Counted from the stretch's first letter, positions 41,001 to 52,241 are shown. The stretch is 64,000 nt of DNA from an uncultured Erysipelotrichaceae bacterium (GCA_964438885.1 CAYTMK010000001.1:15876-79875), one strand, 5' to 3'. Translations and numbers: made by a program. Notes: a model not told the origin generated them from the sequence alone.

Positions 41001-42297
41001 ACCCAACCTCCAAAAAATACCAAGTCCAAGCCAATGCGATTTCTCCAGGATAGAGCGAACCAAAGGGTGCCAATTTTTGAATGGTTTCCGTTTTAGAATG
41101 CAAAAGAACTCGATAAAAAAGAGTGATTATACTAATTTTGTCTAAATCCTTTTGTCCCCACAACTTGGATAAAGTGGATAAATCATTTAAATCATCCACT
41201 TTGGCCTCAAAAGCTTCCAATTTTTGATGTAATGTGTGCAAAAAGGTCGATACATTCCAAATATGATAGGGATCAAGACCGGCTACATAGGCTAAAGCCT
41301 CAATGAAAAGCCATGCGCCTTTGCCTTGAGCTAGAGTTTTAGATAAATCCGAAGGAGAATAGCCAAAGACCCAACGCGCGATGCTTTCCTTGGACTTAAA
41401 AACAATGCGGTACAAGGAAAAGAAAAAATTCAAATAGCCAGACCAAAAGGCAATGTTTTCTTCCTCTATACATTCAAAAGTATAGAAAAAACCCGCCAGG
41501 GTATGCATCGCTTTTGAGGCTTCCAAATAGCCTGCCCATAAATTGCGTGTAGCCACCAGCGCATTGAAGTCTAAGAAGTTTCCAAGGGGGAGCAAGGGCT
41601 TCATTTCAAATACATTGATTTGTTCTCGGTTGATCGGTAAGACAATTCCAGGGCCTTGTACATCCACCGCTAAAATTTTTGTTGCCCCCATTTGTTCGGC
41701 TAAGTCAATGGGCACATTGTCCCAATAGCCACCATCGATGTAGTCATCTCCATCCATTTTTAACATCGGAAAAGCGGGGAAACACGAAGCCGAAGCTAAG
41801 ATGATATCTTGGGCATTTTCTTCATTCATTTCCGCTTTGAAATAGGCTTGGGGAGTCCGCTTGGTGACATTAAAGGTCATACAGGCATAATTAATGGAAG
41901 AAGCTTCAAATGCCTTCCAATGAAACATCTTTTCAAGCTCCTGTTTTAAAGGGGAGATATCTACGCCTTTGCCATCTAAAATGTATTTTTGTAAAAAAGA
42001 ACCAATCTCTTTTCGATTGGAAACGAGGGAACCGAGCGTATCTGGAAACGCAAATAAATCGGAAACGATTGTAGACGGTTTCATATTTTGAACAAATGCG
42101 ATCATTTCCTCTAAGGATCCCTGTACATACATCGCACTGACTAAAGCGCCAATCGAGGTACCTGCGGTGCAATCGAAGAATAACTGGTGTTCATCGAGCG
42201 CTTTCCAGACACCGATTTCATAACATCCTCTTGCTCCCCCTCCACCAAGCACCAAGCCACTGTATGCTTCTTGATCTTCAAAAAACCAATTTTTCAT
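40981..42297 (-). CDS. Patatin-like phospholipase (tandem paralog)
   Basis: GGGGARG, GTSIG, DGG. Confidence 0.88.
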   Translation of the reverse strand: MKNWFFEDQEAYSGLVLGGGGARGCYEIGVWKALDEHQLFFDCTAGTSIGALVSAMYVQGSLEEMIAFVQNMKPSTIVSDLFAFPDTLGSLVSNRKEIGSFLQKYILDGKGVDISPLKQELEKMFHWKAFEASSINYACMTFNVTKRTPQAYFKAEMNEENAQDIILASASCFPAFPMLKMDGDDYIDGGYWDNVPIDLAEQMGATKILAVDVQGPGIVLPINREQINVFEMKPLLPLGNFLDFNALVATRNLWAGYLEASKAMHTLAGFFYTFECIEEENIAFWSGYLNFFFSLYRIVFKSKESIARWVFGYSPSDLSKTLAQGKGAWLFIEALAYVAGLDPYHIWNVSTFLHTLHQKLEAFEAKVDDLNDLSTLSKLWGQKDLDKISIITLFYRVLLHSKTETIQKLAPFGSLYPGEIALAWTWYFLEVGYGRTKA

Positions 42298-42333
42298 GAA
42301 TCCTCCTTGTTTTATCCAGTTTGAGTTTAAAGC

Positions 42334-42870
42334 CTAAGGATACCAATACGCGATCAAGCAATAGGCCCAAGCCAAAAAGCTCAAGAAGGGCAGTAAGCGC
42401 TCTTGGCTTAAAAATCCGTAGATTAAACAGCTCAAACAGGCCAACATCACAACGTTTCCTAGTCCTTCAAGACCTAAAGAAAATCCAATGCACCCAAGTC
42501 CAATCGCATCCGCAAGCCCAAGACTTTTTTGGTGGACCAAAAGAAGACTCAAAAGACCCACGGCTAAGCCAACTATACGCTGCCAAAAAGGGAGCAGGAA
42601 AAAGCTCCCTTGTATTAAAATCCAAAAAGCAGCAAAAAGCCAAATACGACTAAAATAGCGCGTTTTTAAATCTTGGCAGAAAACCATGAAGCCAATATTA
42701 AACCCAAAGAAGGTATACCAAGTCAAGTGCGTCGGCGCATACGCTACGCAGAAAAAAACGGGAAGAGTCCAAAAAATGAAGGTCCAAGGCTTCAAAAGCT
42801 GCCAAATTTTCAACTCTCCTACCCAAAGAGCAAGAAGGAAAAGCAACTTGAAAAAGAGTAAATTTACCAT
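42334..42870 (-). CDS. Prepilin peptidase (A24)-like membrane protein
   Basis: Hydrophobic; QDLKTR, LGLAD and LPFLSFL motifs. Confidence 0.6.
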   Translation of the reverse strand: MVNLLFFKLLFLLALWVGELKIWQLLKPWTFIFWTLPVFFCVAYAPTHLTWYTFFGFNIGFMVFCQDLKTRYFSRIWLFAAFWILIQGSFFLLPFWQRIVGLAVGLLSLLLVHQKSLGLADAIGLGCIGFSLGLEGLGNVVMLACLSCLIYGFLSQERLLPFLSFLAWAYCLIAYWYP

Positions 42871-42918
42871 GCTTTTAGCCTACTTAAAAAAGGTGACTTT
42901 TCCAAAAAAGACGAGATA

Positions 42919-43809
42919 TTAAAGATGGAGCTGTTGATCTTGGGGCAATTCAATGGTCTGAATGCCTTTAAAGCCCGCTTGACTGAGATCGATTTTATAA
43001 GCTTGGAGTCTATACCCCTTGGAATGGGGATGACCTCCGTATTTGACATCTCCTACTAAAGGGGTCCCTAAAAAGGCTAGGCAGGCTCGAATCTGATGAA
43101 AGCGTCCTGTATAGAGCTCAATTTGGGAAAGATAGAAACCATCACGATGGGCTAGAGTTTGGATGTCCATTTGGGCTAAATCATAATTTGGTAAAGGAGC
43201 GTTTGAAACAAGGGCTTTTAAGCCCTCTTTTTTGAGATAGAGACTGACTTTTCCTTGAACAGGCTTTTGATCGGTAATGGCTAAGTAGTATTTATGAATG
43301 GTGTGATCGGCAATAGCTTGGGCGAGCTTTCGAGTCGCCGCAGCTGTTTTTCCAGCTAAGACCAACCCAGAGGTGTTTCGATCCAAGCGATGAGCAATAG
43401 AAGGCGTAAAGGACTGTTCAAGGTTGGGATCATATTGACCGCTTTGTTTTAAATAAAATAATAAGCGATCGTTGAGCGTATCTTGATTTTGCGCACTATC
43501 TTTCATAGATAAAAGGCCGACGGGTTTATTCATAGCCAGCAATTGATCATCTTCAAAGACAATGTCAGGAGCAGGAAGAGTCGAAAGTGTTTTTTGAGGT
43601 TTTTTTAAGAAATCAGGGGGTAAAAACAATAAAAGATGATCCCCTTCATTTAACATTTGATCAAAGGATGCTCGTTTGCGATTGACTTTGATTTTTTTAT
43701 TGCGAATGGCTTTATGCATCGCAGACTTTTTTAAGTTGGGATAGGCTTTGCCTAAAAATTTATCCAGGCGTTGATTGGCATCATTTTTTTGAATCACGAT
43801 TTCTTCCAT
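42919..43809 (-). CDS. RluA/RluC-family pseudouridine synthase with S4 domain
   Basis: QRLDKFL, HRLDRNTSG, TGRFHQIR, GDVKYG. Confidence 0.9.
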   Translation of the reverse strand: MEEIVIQKNDANQRLDKFLGKAYPNLKKSAMHKAIRNKKIKVNRKRASFDQMLNEGDHLLLFLPPDFLKKPQKTLSTLPAPDIVFEDDQLLAMNKPVGLLSMKDSAQNQDTLNDRLLFYLKQSGQYDPNLEQSFTPSIAHRLDRNTSGLVLAGKTAAATRKLAQAIADHTIHKYYLAITDQKPVQGKVSLYLKKEGLKALVSNAPLPNYDLAQMDIQTLAHRDGFYLSQIELYTGRFHQIRACLAFLGTPLVGDVKYGGHPHSKGYRLQAYKIDLSQAGFKGIQTIELPQDQQLHL

Positions 43810-43949
43810 GAGAAGACCTCCTTTGTCCAAAAGGAAAAAGCTTACCTAGAGAAATGAAGAGATGGTTTAAGAATAACAAGCCTTTGGAAACAATGCTTTT
43901 CAAGTGTAGTCGCTTTCATTACAATGAAAAAGGATGTCTCAAAGTTTAC

Positions 43950-43967
43950 TTGTGAAATAATTGACAA
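43950..43967. promoter_or_regulatory. Putative Rex operator upstream of the hydrogenase
   Basis: TTGTGAA-ATAA-TTGACAA, one mismatch to the Rex consensus. Confidence 0.65.
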
Positions 43968-44247
43968 GTTAACGTTTTCCTTTCTTGACACATTGCGTAT
44001 GATAAGGAGGACTCTTTATCCAAATACTTTAAACAAGGATTTTTAAGAGATAAAGGAGAGTAAACGTTTAAAAAGTCCAAGTCTAAGTTTTTAGAAATCC
44101 ACTTCCATTTTAGTTTGAAACGTATTTTCTTTGGATCTTGGTTACTATAATTGATCGATGAAAAACCATGGAGTTTTTCTGTATTTTTACTTAGAAAGGA
44201 GCAATCAAAACCGAAAGAGTCTTTTGTGTTTTGATCCAACATATATT

Positions 44248-45792
44248 ATGAGAGGTGTTTTTAATCCAGTTACCCATATTCGTCGTCAAGTGTTTGCAGC
44301 GATTGCGAAAATGGCGTATGACGACAATGTAAACTACAAAGAGCGATTGGAAGCCATTCCCTATGAAATCGTGCCTGGCAAACAAGCGCGATATCGCGAC
44401 TCCGTTTTTTTAGAGAGAGCGATTGTTGGGGAACGGTTGCGTTTAGGGATGGGGCTTCCAGTGCGCGATATTACTCAAGCTGCAGCCATTAGCGATGGGG
44501 TAGAAGAAAGCATTATTGCGGAAAAATTTTACGATCAACCTTTAATTAACATTGTTTCCTTTGCTTGTCATGCTTGTCCGGAAAAGAAAGTGATGGTTAC
44601 CAACGCCTGCCAAGGCTGCCTCTCCCATCAATGTGTGGAAGTATGTCCAAAACAGGCTGTGCATATTGTCGATGGTCGTTCAGAAATTGATCAGGATAAA
44701 TGTATCAAATGTGGTAAATGCATCGAGGCTTGTCCTTATCATGCCATCATTAAAATTGAACGGCCTTGTGCAGCGAGTTGTGGCATGAATGCCATTTCTT
44801 CCGATGAAGATGGCAAAGCAAAAATTGATTACGATCGCTGCGTATCCTGTGGACAATGCTTGGTGAACTGTCCTTTTGGTGCGATTGTAGATAAAGGTCA
44901 GATCTTCCAAACCATTCACTCTATTCGTCAGGGCGATGAAGTGTATGCGGCTGTAGCCCCTGCCTTTGTGGGTCAATTTGGAGCAGGCGTTACCCCTGAA
45001 AAAGTAGCGGGCGCTCTAAAAGAACTCGGCTTTACTGATGTGGTAGAAGTGGCGGTGGGCGCCGATCTTTGCACCATTGAAGAAGCAGAGGACTTCTTAG
45101 ATAAAGTACCAGAAAAACAACCGTTCATGGCGACTTCTTGTTGCCCAGCTTGGTCGGTGATGGCGAAAAAAGAATTCCCTCAATTCAAAGATTACATTTC
45201 TATGGCCTTGACACCGATGGTTTTAACCGCTCGTTTGATTAAAAAAGAACACCCCAATGCGAAGGTTTGCTTCATTGGTCCTTGTGCGGCCAAAAAATTA
45301 GAGGCAAGTCGTCGATCGGTTCGTTCGGATGTCGATTTCGTTTTAACCTTCGAAGAAGTGATGGGAATGTTTGAAGGCAAAGGCATTAATCTACCTCAAG
45401 CCGTAGCGGATGAAACGGCCTTTAAAGAAGGCACTTCGGCCGGTCGTGAGTTTGCGGTATCGGGTGGTGTAGCCAAAGCCGTGAAGACGTTGATTCAAAA
45501 AAATCATCCCGAGCGGGAAGTGAAAGTGCAAGCGGCCGAAGGCTTAAAGAATTGCCGGACGATGTTGATGATGGCCAAAGCCGGACGTTTGAATGGATAC
45601 CTGTTAGAGGGTATGGCCTGTCCTGGTGGATGTGTAGCGGGAGCAGGGACTTTAGCACCCATTTCGAAAGCTTCAGCGCAAGTTAAAAAATATGCCAATG
45701 AAGATATGTTGAAACTGGCCGATGAATCAGCTTACTCCGAAGAAGTTCATACCATTGCGCATATGTATGATGCCCCAAGTGAAACTGATTAA
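44248..45792 (+). CDS. Monomeric [FeFe] hydrogenase (group B-like) with ferredoxin domains
   Basis: H-cluster motifs TSCCPAW, GPCAAKKLE, EGMACPGGC; several CxxCxxCxxxCP; start placed at MRGVF. Confidence 0.92.
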   Translation: MRGVFNPVTHIRRQVFAAIAKMAYDDNVNYKERLEAIPYEIVPGKQARYRDSVFLERAIVGERLRLGMGLPVRDITQAAAISDGVEESIIAEKFYDQPLINIVSFACHACPEKKVMVTNACQGCLSHQCVEVCPKQAVHIVDGRSEIDQDKCIKCGKCIEACPYHAIIKIERPCAASCGMNAISSDEDGKAKIDYDRCVSCGQCLVNCPFGAIVDKGQIFQTIHSIRQGDEVYAAVAPAFVGQFGAGVTPEKVAGALKELGFTDVVEVAVGADLCTIEEAEDFLDKVPEKQPFMATSCCPAWSVMAKKEFPQFKDYISMALTPMVLTARLIKKEHPNAKVCFIGPCAAKKLEASRRSVRSDVDFVLTFEEVMGMFEGKGINLPQAVADETAFKEGTSAGREFAVSGGVAKAVKTLIQKNHPEREVKVQAAEGLKNCRTMLMMAKAGRLNGYLLEGMACPGGCVAGAGTLAPISKASAQVKKYANEDMLKLADESAYSEEVHTIAHMYDAPSETD

Positions 45793-46051
45793 GATCTTAA
45801 ATGGCTCAAGGTGAAGTTTAACCTTGAGTTTTTTTATGACTTTCCATTTGGATTTTCGTTTTTTTTGTGGGCACTTGTCTTGAAAGGCGATAAAGGAGGA
45901 TTTGGTTTTGCTTTCCTTTTCCCATATAATGCTTCTTGTATAATGTTTTGGGACATAGGAAGGCTAAAGGTTTGTTTGGTTTTTCATTCAAAGATCAAAT
46001 GGTACTTGAACCTAAGCCTCCTTTGTTTTCGGTTTGGAGGTGTATCAACTG

Positions 46052-46831
46052 ATGCATACGCTGCGGGAGTTTTACGAATACCGTGAACTGCTCAAAACAA
46101 ACGTCCGTAAGGACATCCGCGGCCGCTACAAAGGCACTTTTCTTGGCATGCTTTGGACCTTCATCAACCCCTTATTGCAAGTATTCGTGTATTATTTAGT
46201 CTTCCCTTATTTAATGCGCGATGCGATGCCAAATTTCGTTGTGTATTTGATCACCGCAATGTTTCCTTGGAACTTCTTTATGTCGAGTGTCGTTGGCGCT
46301 ACAGGCTGCATCAAGGGGAATGCGGGGGTGGTCAAGAAGGTGTATTTCCCGCGAAAAATTCTAGTGTTGTCCCAAGTGATCTCCAACATGATCAACTTCT
46401 TTTTCTCGGTTCCCATCATTTTGTTATTTGTGGTAATCTTTGGAATTCCTTTAACTTGGCATTTGGTGTGGTTGCCCGTGATTGCGATTGTGGAAGGGTG
46501 TTTGTGTTATGGTCTAGGCTTGATTTTATCGGCCATTAACGTCTACGCTCAAGATGTCGAAAGCCTGGTACAATTTTTCTTAAACTTGCTTTTCTATGCC
46601 ACTCCAATCATTTACAGCGTTGATATGTTTGGACCGGATACACCAGTGTATCCACTCATTCAAAATAACCCCATGACTAAAATCGTCACGGCTTATCGCA
46701 ATATCTTTATGTATGATTTGGATCCGTATTGGTATGGAATTGGAATCGTCTTTTTGATTTCCATTGTGCTGATTGTGATTGGAAACTGGGTATTCAACAA
46801 ACTAGAAAAAGGCTTTGCCGAAGAACTGTAA
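46052..46831 (+). CDS. wzm: Polysaccharide ABC exporter permease (Wzm/TagG-like)
   Basis: RYKGTFLGMLW, KKVYFP, FYATPIIY, NPM. Confidence 0.88.
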   Translation: MHTLREFYEYRELLKTNVRKDIRGRYKGTFLGMLWTFINPLLQVFVYYLVFPYLMRDAMPNFVVYLITAMFPWNFFMSSVVGATGCIKGNAGVVKKVYFPRKILVLSQVISNMINFFFSVPIILLFVVIFGIPLTWHLVWLPVIAIVEGCLCYGLGLILSAINVYAQDVESLVQFFLNLLFYATPIIYSVDMFGPDTPVYPLIQNNPMTKIVTAYRNIFMYDLDPYWYGIGIVFLISIVLIVIGNWVFNKLEKGFAEEL

Positions 46832-46885
46832 CACCAGGGGTTTTCCCCTGGTCTTTTTCAAATTGTGAACGATTGGAGAAAGCGT

Positions 46886-49807
46886 ATGTCGTATTATCGT
46901 TTTGATGCTGACCGCATTGAAATCTTTACCCATCCTAAAGATGGCTCGTCCTATATCTTAATATGGGGGTCCGCTATGGATAGCGAAGCCGAAGACGATG
47001 TCTTTGAGATGGCGATTAACGATTATCGAATCCCTTTGCGGGTACGGCGTTTGGAAAATCTAGCTATTGATCCAAGACCGGGAGCGCGTCCGGGCTATAT
47101 CATTCGCGCTGACATTCCCGCTAATTTAGAAATCGGGCCAGAACAGCTTGAAACGCTCGATTTGGCCTACAACCATAAAGAAGTAAAACGCTTTGAAAAG
47201 CCCTTTTTAATGGCCTCTATCAATCAACGCGGCCTAGTTTGTACCGTCGATATGGTCGATGTCCGTAAAAACAAACTGTTGCTTGGCGGCTGGGTCGTCA
47301 GCATGGAAGATGTTCAGCTTGAAGTGCTCGATGCCAATGGAGAAGTTTTAAAGGCCAACATTACGCTGAGTAATCGCTTCGACGTGCGTCGCTTTTATTT
47401 TGTGCAAAATGAGCATCTCTTTGGTTATCACGCATCCATTAAAAATGCAGATCAAATTGCGATGCCCGTTTCGTTGCGTTTAACTGCCCCGAAAACTGGA
47501 CAGGAATGGATTATCCCCACAGTTCCTGATCCAGCACCCCTTCCAGAAGAAGTGGTTCAAACAGAGCCTTTAGAAGAAGACTCTTCTTCTTTAGGACAGG
47601 TAGAACAGGATGATTTAAAAGATTCTGAAGCAAAAGCAAAGACGGAAGAATCAAACCTTCCCCCCTTAGAAACGCAAGACTTGCCCATTGAGGAAGAGCC
47701 AAGTACGCCTTTGGCTCCCCCCATTCCACCTCAGCGCACTCCTTTAAGCATCGCTCGTGGAGTAAAACGACGGGTAAAAGCCACAATCGATGGACAAAAA
47801 GAGCGCTTGGAAGCCCATAATGAGCGCATTACTAAAGAGCGCATGATTCGAGAAGGAATTCCCTTAAATCCCGAACCCGATCCTCTCTATCCAGGACCCA
47901 CTCCTCCCGAACGCCAAGACTTGCTTTTAGAAACGATTCCTTTTTCTGAACAAACTAAGCAAGAAAAGGGAGCACCAAGTGTAGAAGAAGTGGAAGAGGA
48001 TTTCAATGACCAGTATCATCGCTGGTTTTTGGAAAATCGAACCAAAGAAGAAGTATTAGCCAAACAACGACGCTTTCACTTTAAAAAGCATCCTAAAGTT
48101 TCCCTGATTGTGGCGGCTTATAATACGCCAATCGATCTTTTAGAAAAGATGATCGATTCCGTGCGGGCTCAAACCTATGACAATTGGCAGCTATGTATTG
48201 CCGATGGCAGTACGAACAATGCGGTTTCTGATTACCTTGCGGCCAATCCTGATCCCAAAATTTCGTGGACAAAGCTTTCTAAAAACTTAGGCATCAGTGA
48301 CAACATGAATGCGGCGGCTGATTTAGCCACTGGAGAGATTATTGCTTTATATGATCACGATGACTTTTTAGAACCAGATGCCCTCTACGAGGTGATTAAA
48401 GCCTTTAACGAAGGGGATTACGATGTGGTCTACACCGATGAAGACAAGTACGAAGATTCAACAGAGCGCTATGTTGGACCCAATTTTAAACCCGATTTTT
48501 CTCCAGCACTTTTACAGTCGACCAACTACATCTGCCACTTTCTAGCCATCAAACGTGAAGCCTACGATCGAGCCGGCGGGAAACTCTATTCTGAATTTGA
48601 TGGGGCACAAGACTTTGACTTGGTGTTGCGCTTAATGGATTCCACGACTCCTGACAAAATTAAACATATCCCTAAAATTTTGTACCATTGGCGTATGCAC
48701 GATGGCTCGACAGCTCTTGATGCCGATAACAAAACATGGGCCTATGATGCGGGAGAAAAGGCTTTAAAAGCTTGGATTGCTCGTCATCAAAATCAGGGTC
48801 AAATTATGAAAACCGAGATTCCAGGGCATTATCATCTCCGCTTTGAAATGTCTGAAAAGCCTCTGGTTTCTATCATCATTCCCAATAAAGATCACATTGA
48901 GGATTTGGAATTTTGCTTACAATCGCTTGAAAATTATTCAAGCTATTCCAACTATGAAGTGATCATTGTGGAAAACAACTCAGAAAAGAAAACGACCTTC
49001 TATAAATACAAGGAATTGCGTCGGCGCTATCCCAATGTCCGTGTCGTTATGTGGCGTAAACCTTTTAACTATTCGGCCATCAATAATTTTGGCGTGCGCA
49101 AAGCAAAAGGAGAGTATCTCCTATTTCTCAACAACGATACCGAAGCGCTCGATCCGTATTTGATTGAAGAAATGCTTGGCCAAGTCATGCAGCCCAATGT
49201 GGGTGCAGTAGGAGCCAAATTGTACTATGAAGATGGTACCTTCCAGCACAATGGAATCATCATCGGCCATTCGGGCGTAGCCGGTCTTGCTTTAAGTGGA
49301 CAAAGCGATGCCAATTTGAACTATCGCGTGCGCACGGTGCACAATGTCAGTGCCGTCACGGGAGCTTGTATGATGGTGCCTAAAAAAGTCTTTAAAGAAG
49401 TCGGAGGATTTAACGAAAATTTGCCTGTGGCCTATAACGATGTGGATTTATGCTTGCGCATTCGCCAACATGGCTATTGGATTGTGCAAAATCCCTTTGC
49501 TTTGATGTATCACTACGAGTCGAGAAGTCGTGGATATGAAACGACGCCTGAAAAAAAGGCTCGCTTTGAAAACGATGTGCGCAAAATGTATGCCTTGTGG
49601 CCAGATGTATTAAGAACGCCAGATCCTTTTTATAATCTAAACTTGGATATTTCTGGCATCACCTACCAATTGCGCAAGCCTGAAGAAATCAATCCCTATA
49701 TCAATCCAGTCTTTTTAGGCGAGGCTTATTACACAGCGGGAAGCATTCGACCACCCAAACCGACTCAGGCCCAACTTGACACTTTAGAAAAGAAAATGAA
49801 ATCTTAA
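46886..49807 (+). CDS. Large glycosyltransferase with two GT2 domains and an N-terminal extension
   Basis: VSLIVAAYN..DHDD..YTDED..YHWR and VSIIIPNKD..FLNND..YNDVD..HYESRSRG. Confidence 0.85.
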   Translation: MSYYRFDADRIEIFTHPKDGSSYILIWGSAMDSEAEDDVFEMAINDYRIPLRVRRLENLAIDPRPGARPGYIIRADIPANLEIGPEQLETLDLAYNHKEVKRFEKPFLMASINQRGLVCTVDMVDVRKNKLLLGGWVVSMEDVQLEVLDANGEVLKANITLSNRFDVRRFYFVQNEHLFGYHASIKNADQIAMPVSLRLTAPKTGQEWIIPTVPDPAPLPEEVVQTEPLEEDSSSLGQVEQDDLKDSEAKAKTEESNLPPLETQDLPIEEEPSTPLAPPIPPQRTPLSIARGVKRRVKATIDGQKERLEAHNERITKERMIREGIPLNPEPDPLYPGPTPPERQDLLLETIPFSEQTKQEKGAPSVEEVEEDFNDQYHRWFLENRTKEEVLAKQRRFHFKKHPKVSLIVAAYNTPIDLLEKMIDSVRAQTYDNWQLCIADGSTNNAVSDYLAANPDPKISWTKLSKNLGISDNMNAAADLATGEIIALYDHDDFLEPDALYEVIKAFNEGDYDVVYTDEDKYEDSTERYVGPNFKPDFSPALLQSTNYICHFLAIKREAYDRAGGKLYSEFDGAQDFDLVLRLMDSTTPDKIKHIPKILYHWRMHDGSTALDADNKTWAYDAGEKALKAWIARHQNQGQIMKTEIPGHYHLRFEMSEKPLVSIIIPNKDHIEDLEFCLQSLENYSSYSNYEVIIVENNSEKKTTFYKYKELRRRYPNVRVVMWRKPFNYSAINNFGVRKAKGEYLLFLNNDTEALDPYLIEEMLGQVMQPNVGAVGAKLYYEDGTFQHNGIIIGHSGVAGLALSGQSDANLNYRVRTVHNVSAVTGACMMVPKKVFKEVGGFNENLPVAYNDVDLCLRIRQHGYWIVQNPFALMYHYESRSRGYETTPEKKARFENDVRKMYALWPDVLRTPDPFYNLNLDISGITYQLRKPEEINPYINPVFLGEAYYTAGSIRPPKPTQAQLDTLEKKMKS

Positions 49808-49827
49808 AACCGAAAGGAGGAATTCCT

Positions 49828-51012
49828 TTGGAGCAATCCGATCAAGGCAATGCCATTGAAATCCGAAATATGACCAAAACCTTTCGGATTTATAAAGATA
49901 AACCTAAAACTTTAAAAGAACGCTTTATTCGCCATAACAATGGTGGCGTTTCGGAAAATGTGGTTCTCGATGATGTGTCTTTGGATATCAAACGGGGAGA
50001 AACCGTCGCTTTAATTGGAACCAATGGCTCTGGAAAATCTACCCTGTTAAAAATCATGACTCAAATCCTCTATCCCAATAAAGGCACCGTCCAAACCTTT
50101 GGAAAAGTGACCAGTCTTTTAGAGCTAGGGGCTGGATTTCATCCTGATTTTACAGGACGAGAAAACATCTATTTCAATGCAGCTGTCTTTGGCTTAACGC
50201 GAGAAGAAATCGATCGTCGGGTGGAGGACATCATTGAATTTTCGGAGCTTGGTGATTTTATCGATGAACCAGTGCGAACTTATTCTTCGGGAATGTATAT
50301 GCGTTTGGCCTTTTCTGTCGCCATTAATGTCGATGCCGATATCTTATTGATTGATGAAATTTTAGCGGTAGGCGATCAGCACTTTCAAAACAAATGCTAC
50401 GATAAACTCGTTGAATTGCGCGATTCGGATACCACCATTGTGATCGTGTCCCATGCTTTAGACATGATTAAAGTTTTATGCACCCGTGCGGTATGGCTTT
50501 ATAAAGGTCGTGTTCGTCTAGATGGGGATCCTATTTACGTGATCTCTCAATACATTGAACAATCTGCTCTCGATACGGGGGATGAAATCGAAGACGACGA
50601 TGACGATGAAAAAGAACAATCTCCTCGTGGAGCCGTCTTTATCGATACGCCTCAATCCTTTGATGTATTGCCCTTAAGCGAACCTTTAAAGATGGTCGGT
50701 TGGGGCGTATCCAATCGTCCAGACGAAGAAGAAGACTTTGAAGTATTATTAAATGGCCAGCCCGTCGAATGCGAACGGGTTCCTCGTCCAGATGTTCATG
50801 CGGCCTATAAACGCGAATTTCCCCAAAAAGAATTGCATATGGAAACGCTAGGCTTCGAAGCCATCATTCCTCCCGAAGAACTCAAAGAAGGTCCCAATAA
50901 AATTGAAGTCTTTGTCCGAGATGGGAAGACGGGGAAAATGTTGGATGAAAAGATGATTCGCATTAAGCTTGATAATCATATCGATCAGCTCATACAGGAA
51001 GAGAAAGGATAG
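49828..51012 (+). CDS. wzt: Polysaccharide ABC exporter ATPase (Wzt) with C-terminal domain
   Basis: GTNGSGKS, YSSGMYMRLAF, DEILAVGD. Confidence 0.9.
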   Translation: MEQSDQGNAIEIRNMTKTFRIYKDKPKTLKERFIRHNNGGVSENVVLDDVSLDIKRGETVALIGTNGSGKSTLLKIMTQILYPNKGTVQTFGKVTSLLELGAGFHPDFTGRENIYFNAAVFGLTREEIDRRVEDIIEFSELGDFIDEPVRTYSSGMYMRLAFSVAINVDADILLIDEILAVGDQHFQNKCYDKLVELRDSDTTIVIVSHALDMIKVLCTRAVWLYKGRVRLDGDPIYVISQYIEQSALDTGDEIEDDDDDEKEQSPRGAVFIDTPQSFDVLPLSEPLKMVGWGVSNRPDEEEDFEVLLNGQPVECERVPRPDVHAAYKREFPQKELHMETLGFEAIIPPEELKEGPNKIEVFVRDGKTGKMLDEKMIRIKLDNHIDQLIQEEKG

Positions 51013-51020
51013 GTGGAAAA

Positions 51021-52241
51021 ATGTCAGATCAAAATAGATCTTCTCAATATGATGTGAACGAAAACCAGGCTGTCCAAGATCGACTTGTGGCAGACCAAAA
51101 AGAAAGCTCTAGAGAGGTTGAAGCAGTTTTTCTAGGGCAAGAAGAACAAAAGGGTTTAAAAGAAAAGCGAGAAGAGAGCCTTCAAAATAAAGTTGAAGTA
51201 GAAGACGAAGAAGTGAGAACTCAAGAAGAAAAACCAAAGATCAGTGTGGTCATCGCGGCTTATAATGGGGCTCCTTTTATCGAAGAACAGCTCGATTCTA
51301 TTTTGAATCAAACCTATCCCGTCACTGAATTGCTCATTCGGGATGATGGTTCGAAAGATGATACTGTGAAAGTCGTGGAAAAATGGATCGAGAATCATCC
51401 TGATTTTCCTGTGCGTTTAATTGTAGGGGATCAAAACCTAGGTTATATTGGAAACTTTGCCGAGTTGTTAATCCAAGCGAGTGGAGATTGGATTTTCCTG
51501 TGTGATCAAGACGATCGCTGGCATGTGGACAAAGTGGAAAAAATGCTGGCTGCTTCCAAAGAAGTCCCCAGTGCCAAACTCATTGCTTCTTCCTTTGAAT
51601 TTATGAACCAGGAAGGAGAAGTGTATCATTTGCCTTTAAACGAGGGATGGTCCAATCAAAACCTCATTCCTTGGAAGGTGGAAAATCCTGGTGGCTTAAA
51701 TAAAGTTACCAAAGAACAAATGTTGCTCCATAACTATTTTCAAGGGTGTGCGATGATGATTCGCAAAGAACTTGGAGAAGACTATGATCGCCGTCATGAC
51801 TTTCATCTGCCCCATGACTGGTTTTTAGCTCTTTTGGCTTCCGTGAGCGATGATTTGTGGTATCTTGACTTGCCGCTTTTTGATTACCGCATTCATCATT
51901 CCAATACTACAGGATTACCACAAGCCAAAAAGGAAACGAAGTGGTTGCGCTTTCGCCGTCACTACAACCGCTACTATCGCACCGCAGTGATTCGGGATAT
52001 GGAAAACGTGTATTCCACCATTCAGCGCTCTATTCCAGAATTGGATTGTGAAGAGATTCGTATTCGTCTAGAATTTTGCAGTGAATACCTCAAACGCATC
52101 GATGAAAAAGACGAAGCCCACTTTCGAGAACTTAAAGAGCATCCTGGCTATGTCCTTTGTATTTCGGAACCAGAATTTGAATTGGCCGCAAAGTTTGTCA
52201 AACTCTCACGGTTTATCAAATTTCCTAATAAAAAGATTTAA
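51021..52241 (+). CDS. GT2 glycosyltransferase (rhamnosyltransferase-like)
   Basis: AYNG..I.EQLDSI, DDGS, CDQDD, HDW, YRIH. Confidence 0.85.
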   Translation: MSDQNRSSQYDVNENQAVQDRLVADQKESSREVEAVFLGQEEQKGLKEKREESLQNKVEVEDEEVRTQEEKPKISVVIAAYNGAPFIEEQLDSILNQTYPVTELLIRDDGSKDDTVKVVEKWIENHPDFPVRLIVGDQNLGYIGNFAELLIQASGDWIFLCDQDDRWHVDKVEKMLAASKEVPSAKLIASSFEFMNQEGEVYHLPLNEGWSNQNLIPWKVENPGGLNKVTKEQMLLHNYFQGCAMMIRKELGEDYDRRHDFHLPHDWFLALLASVSDDLWYLDLPLFDYRIHHSNTTGLPQAKKETKWLRFRRHYNRYYRTAVIRDMENVYSTIQRSIPELDCEEIRIRLEFCSEYLKRIDEKDEAHFRELKEHPGYVLCISEPEFELAAKFVKLSRFIKFPNKKI

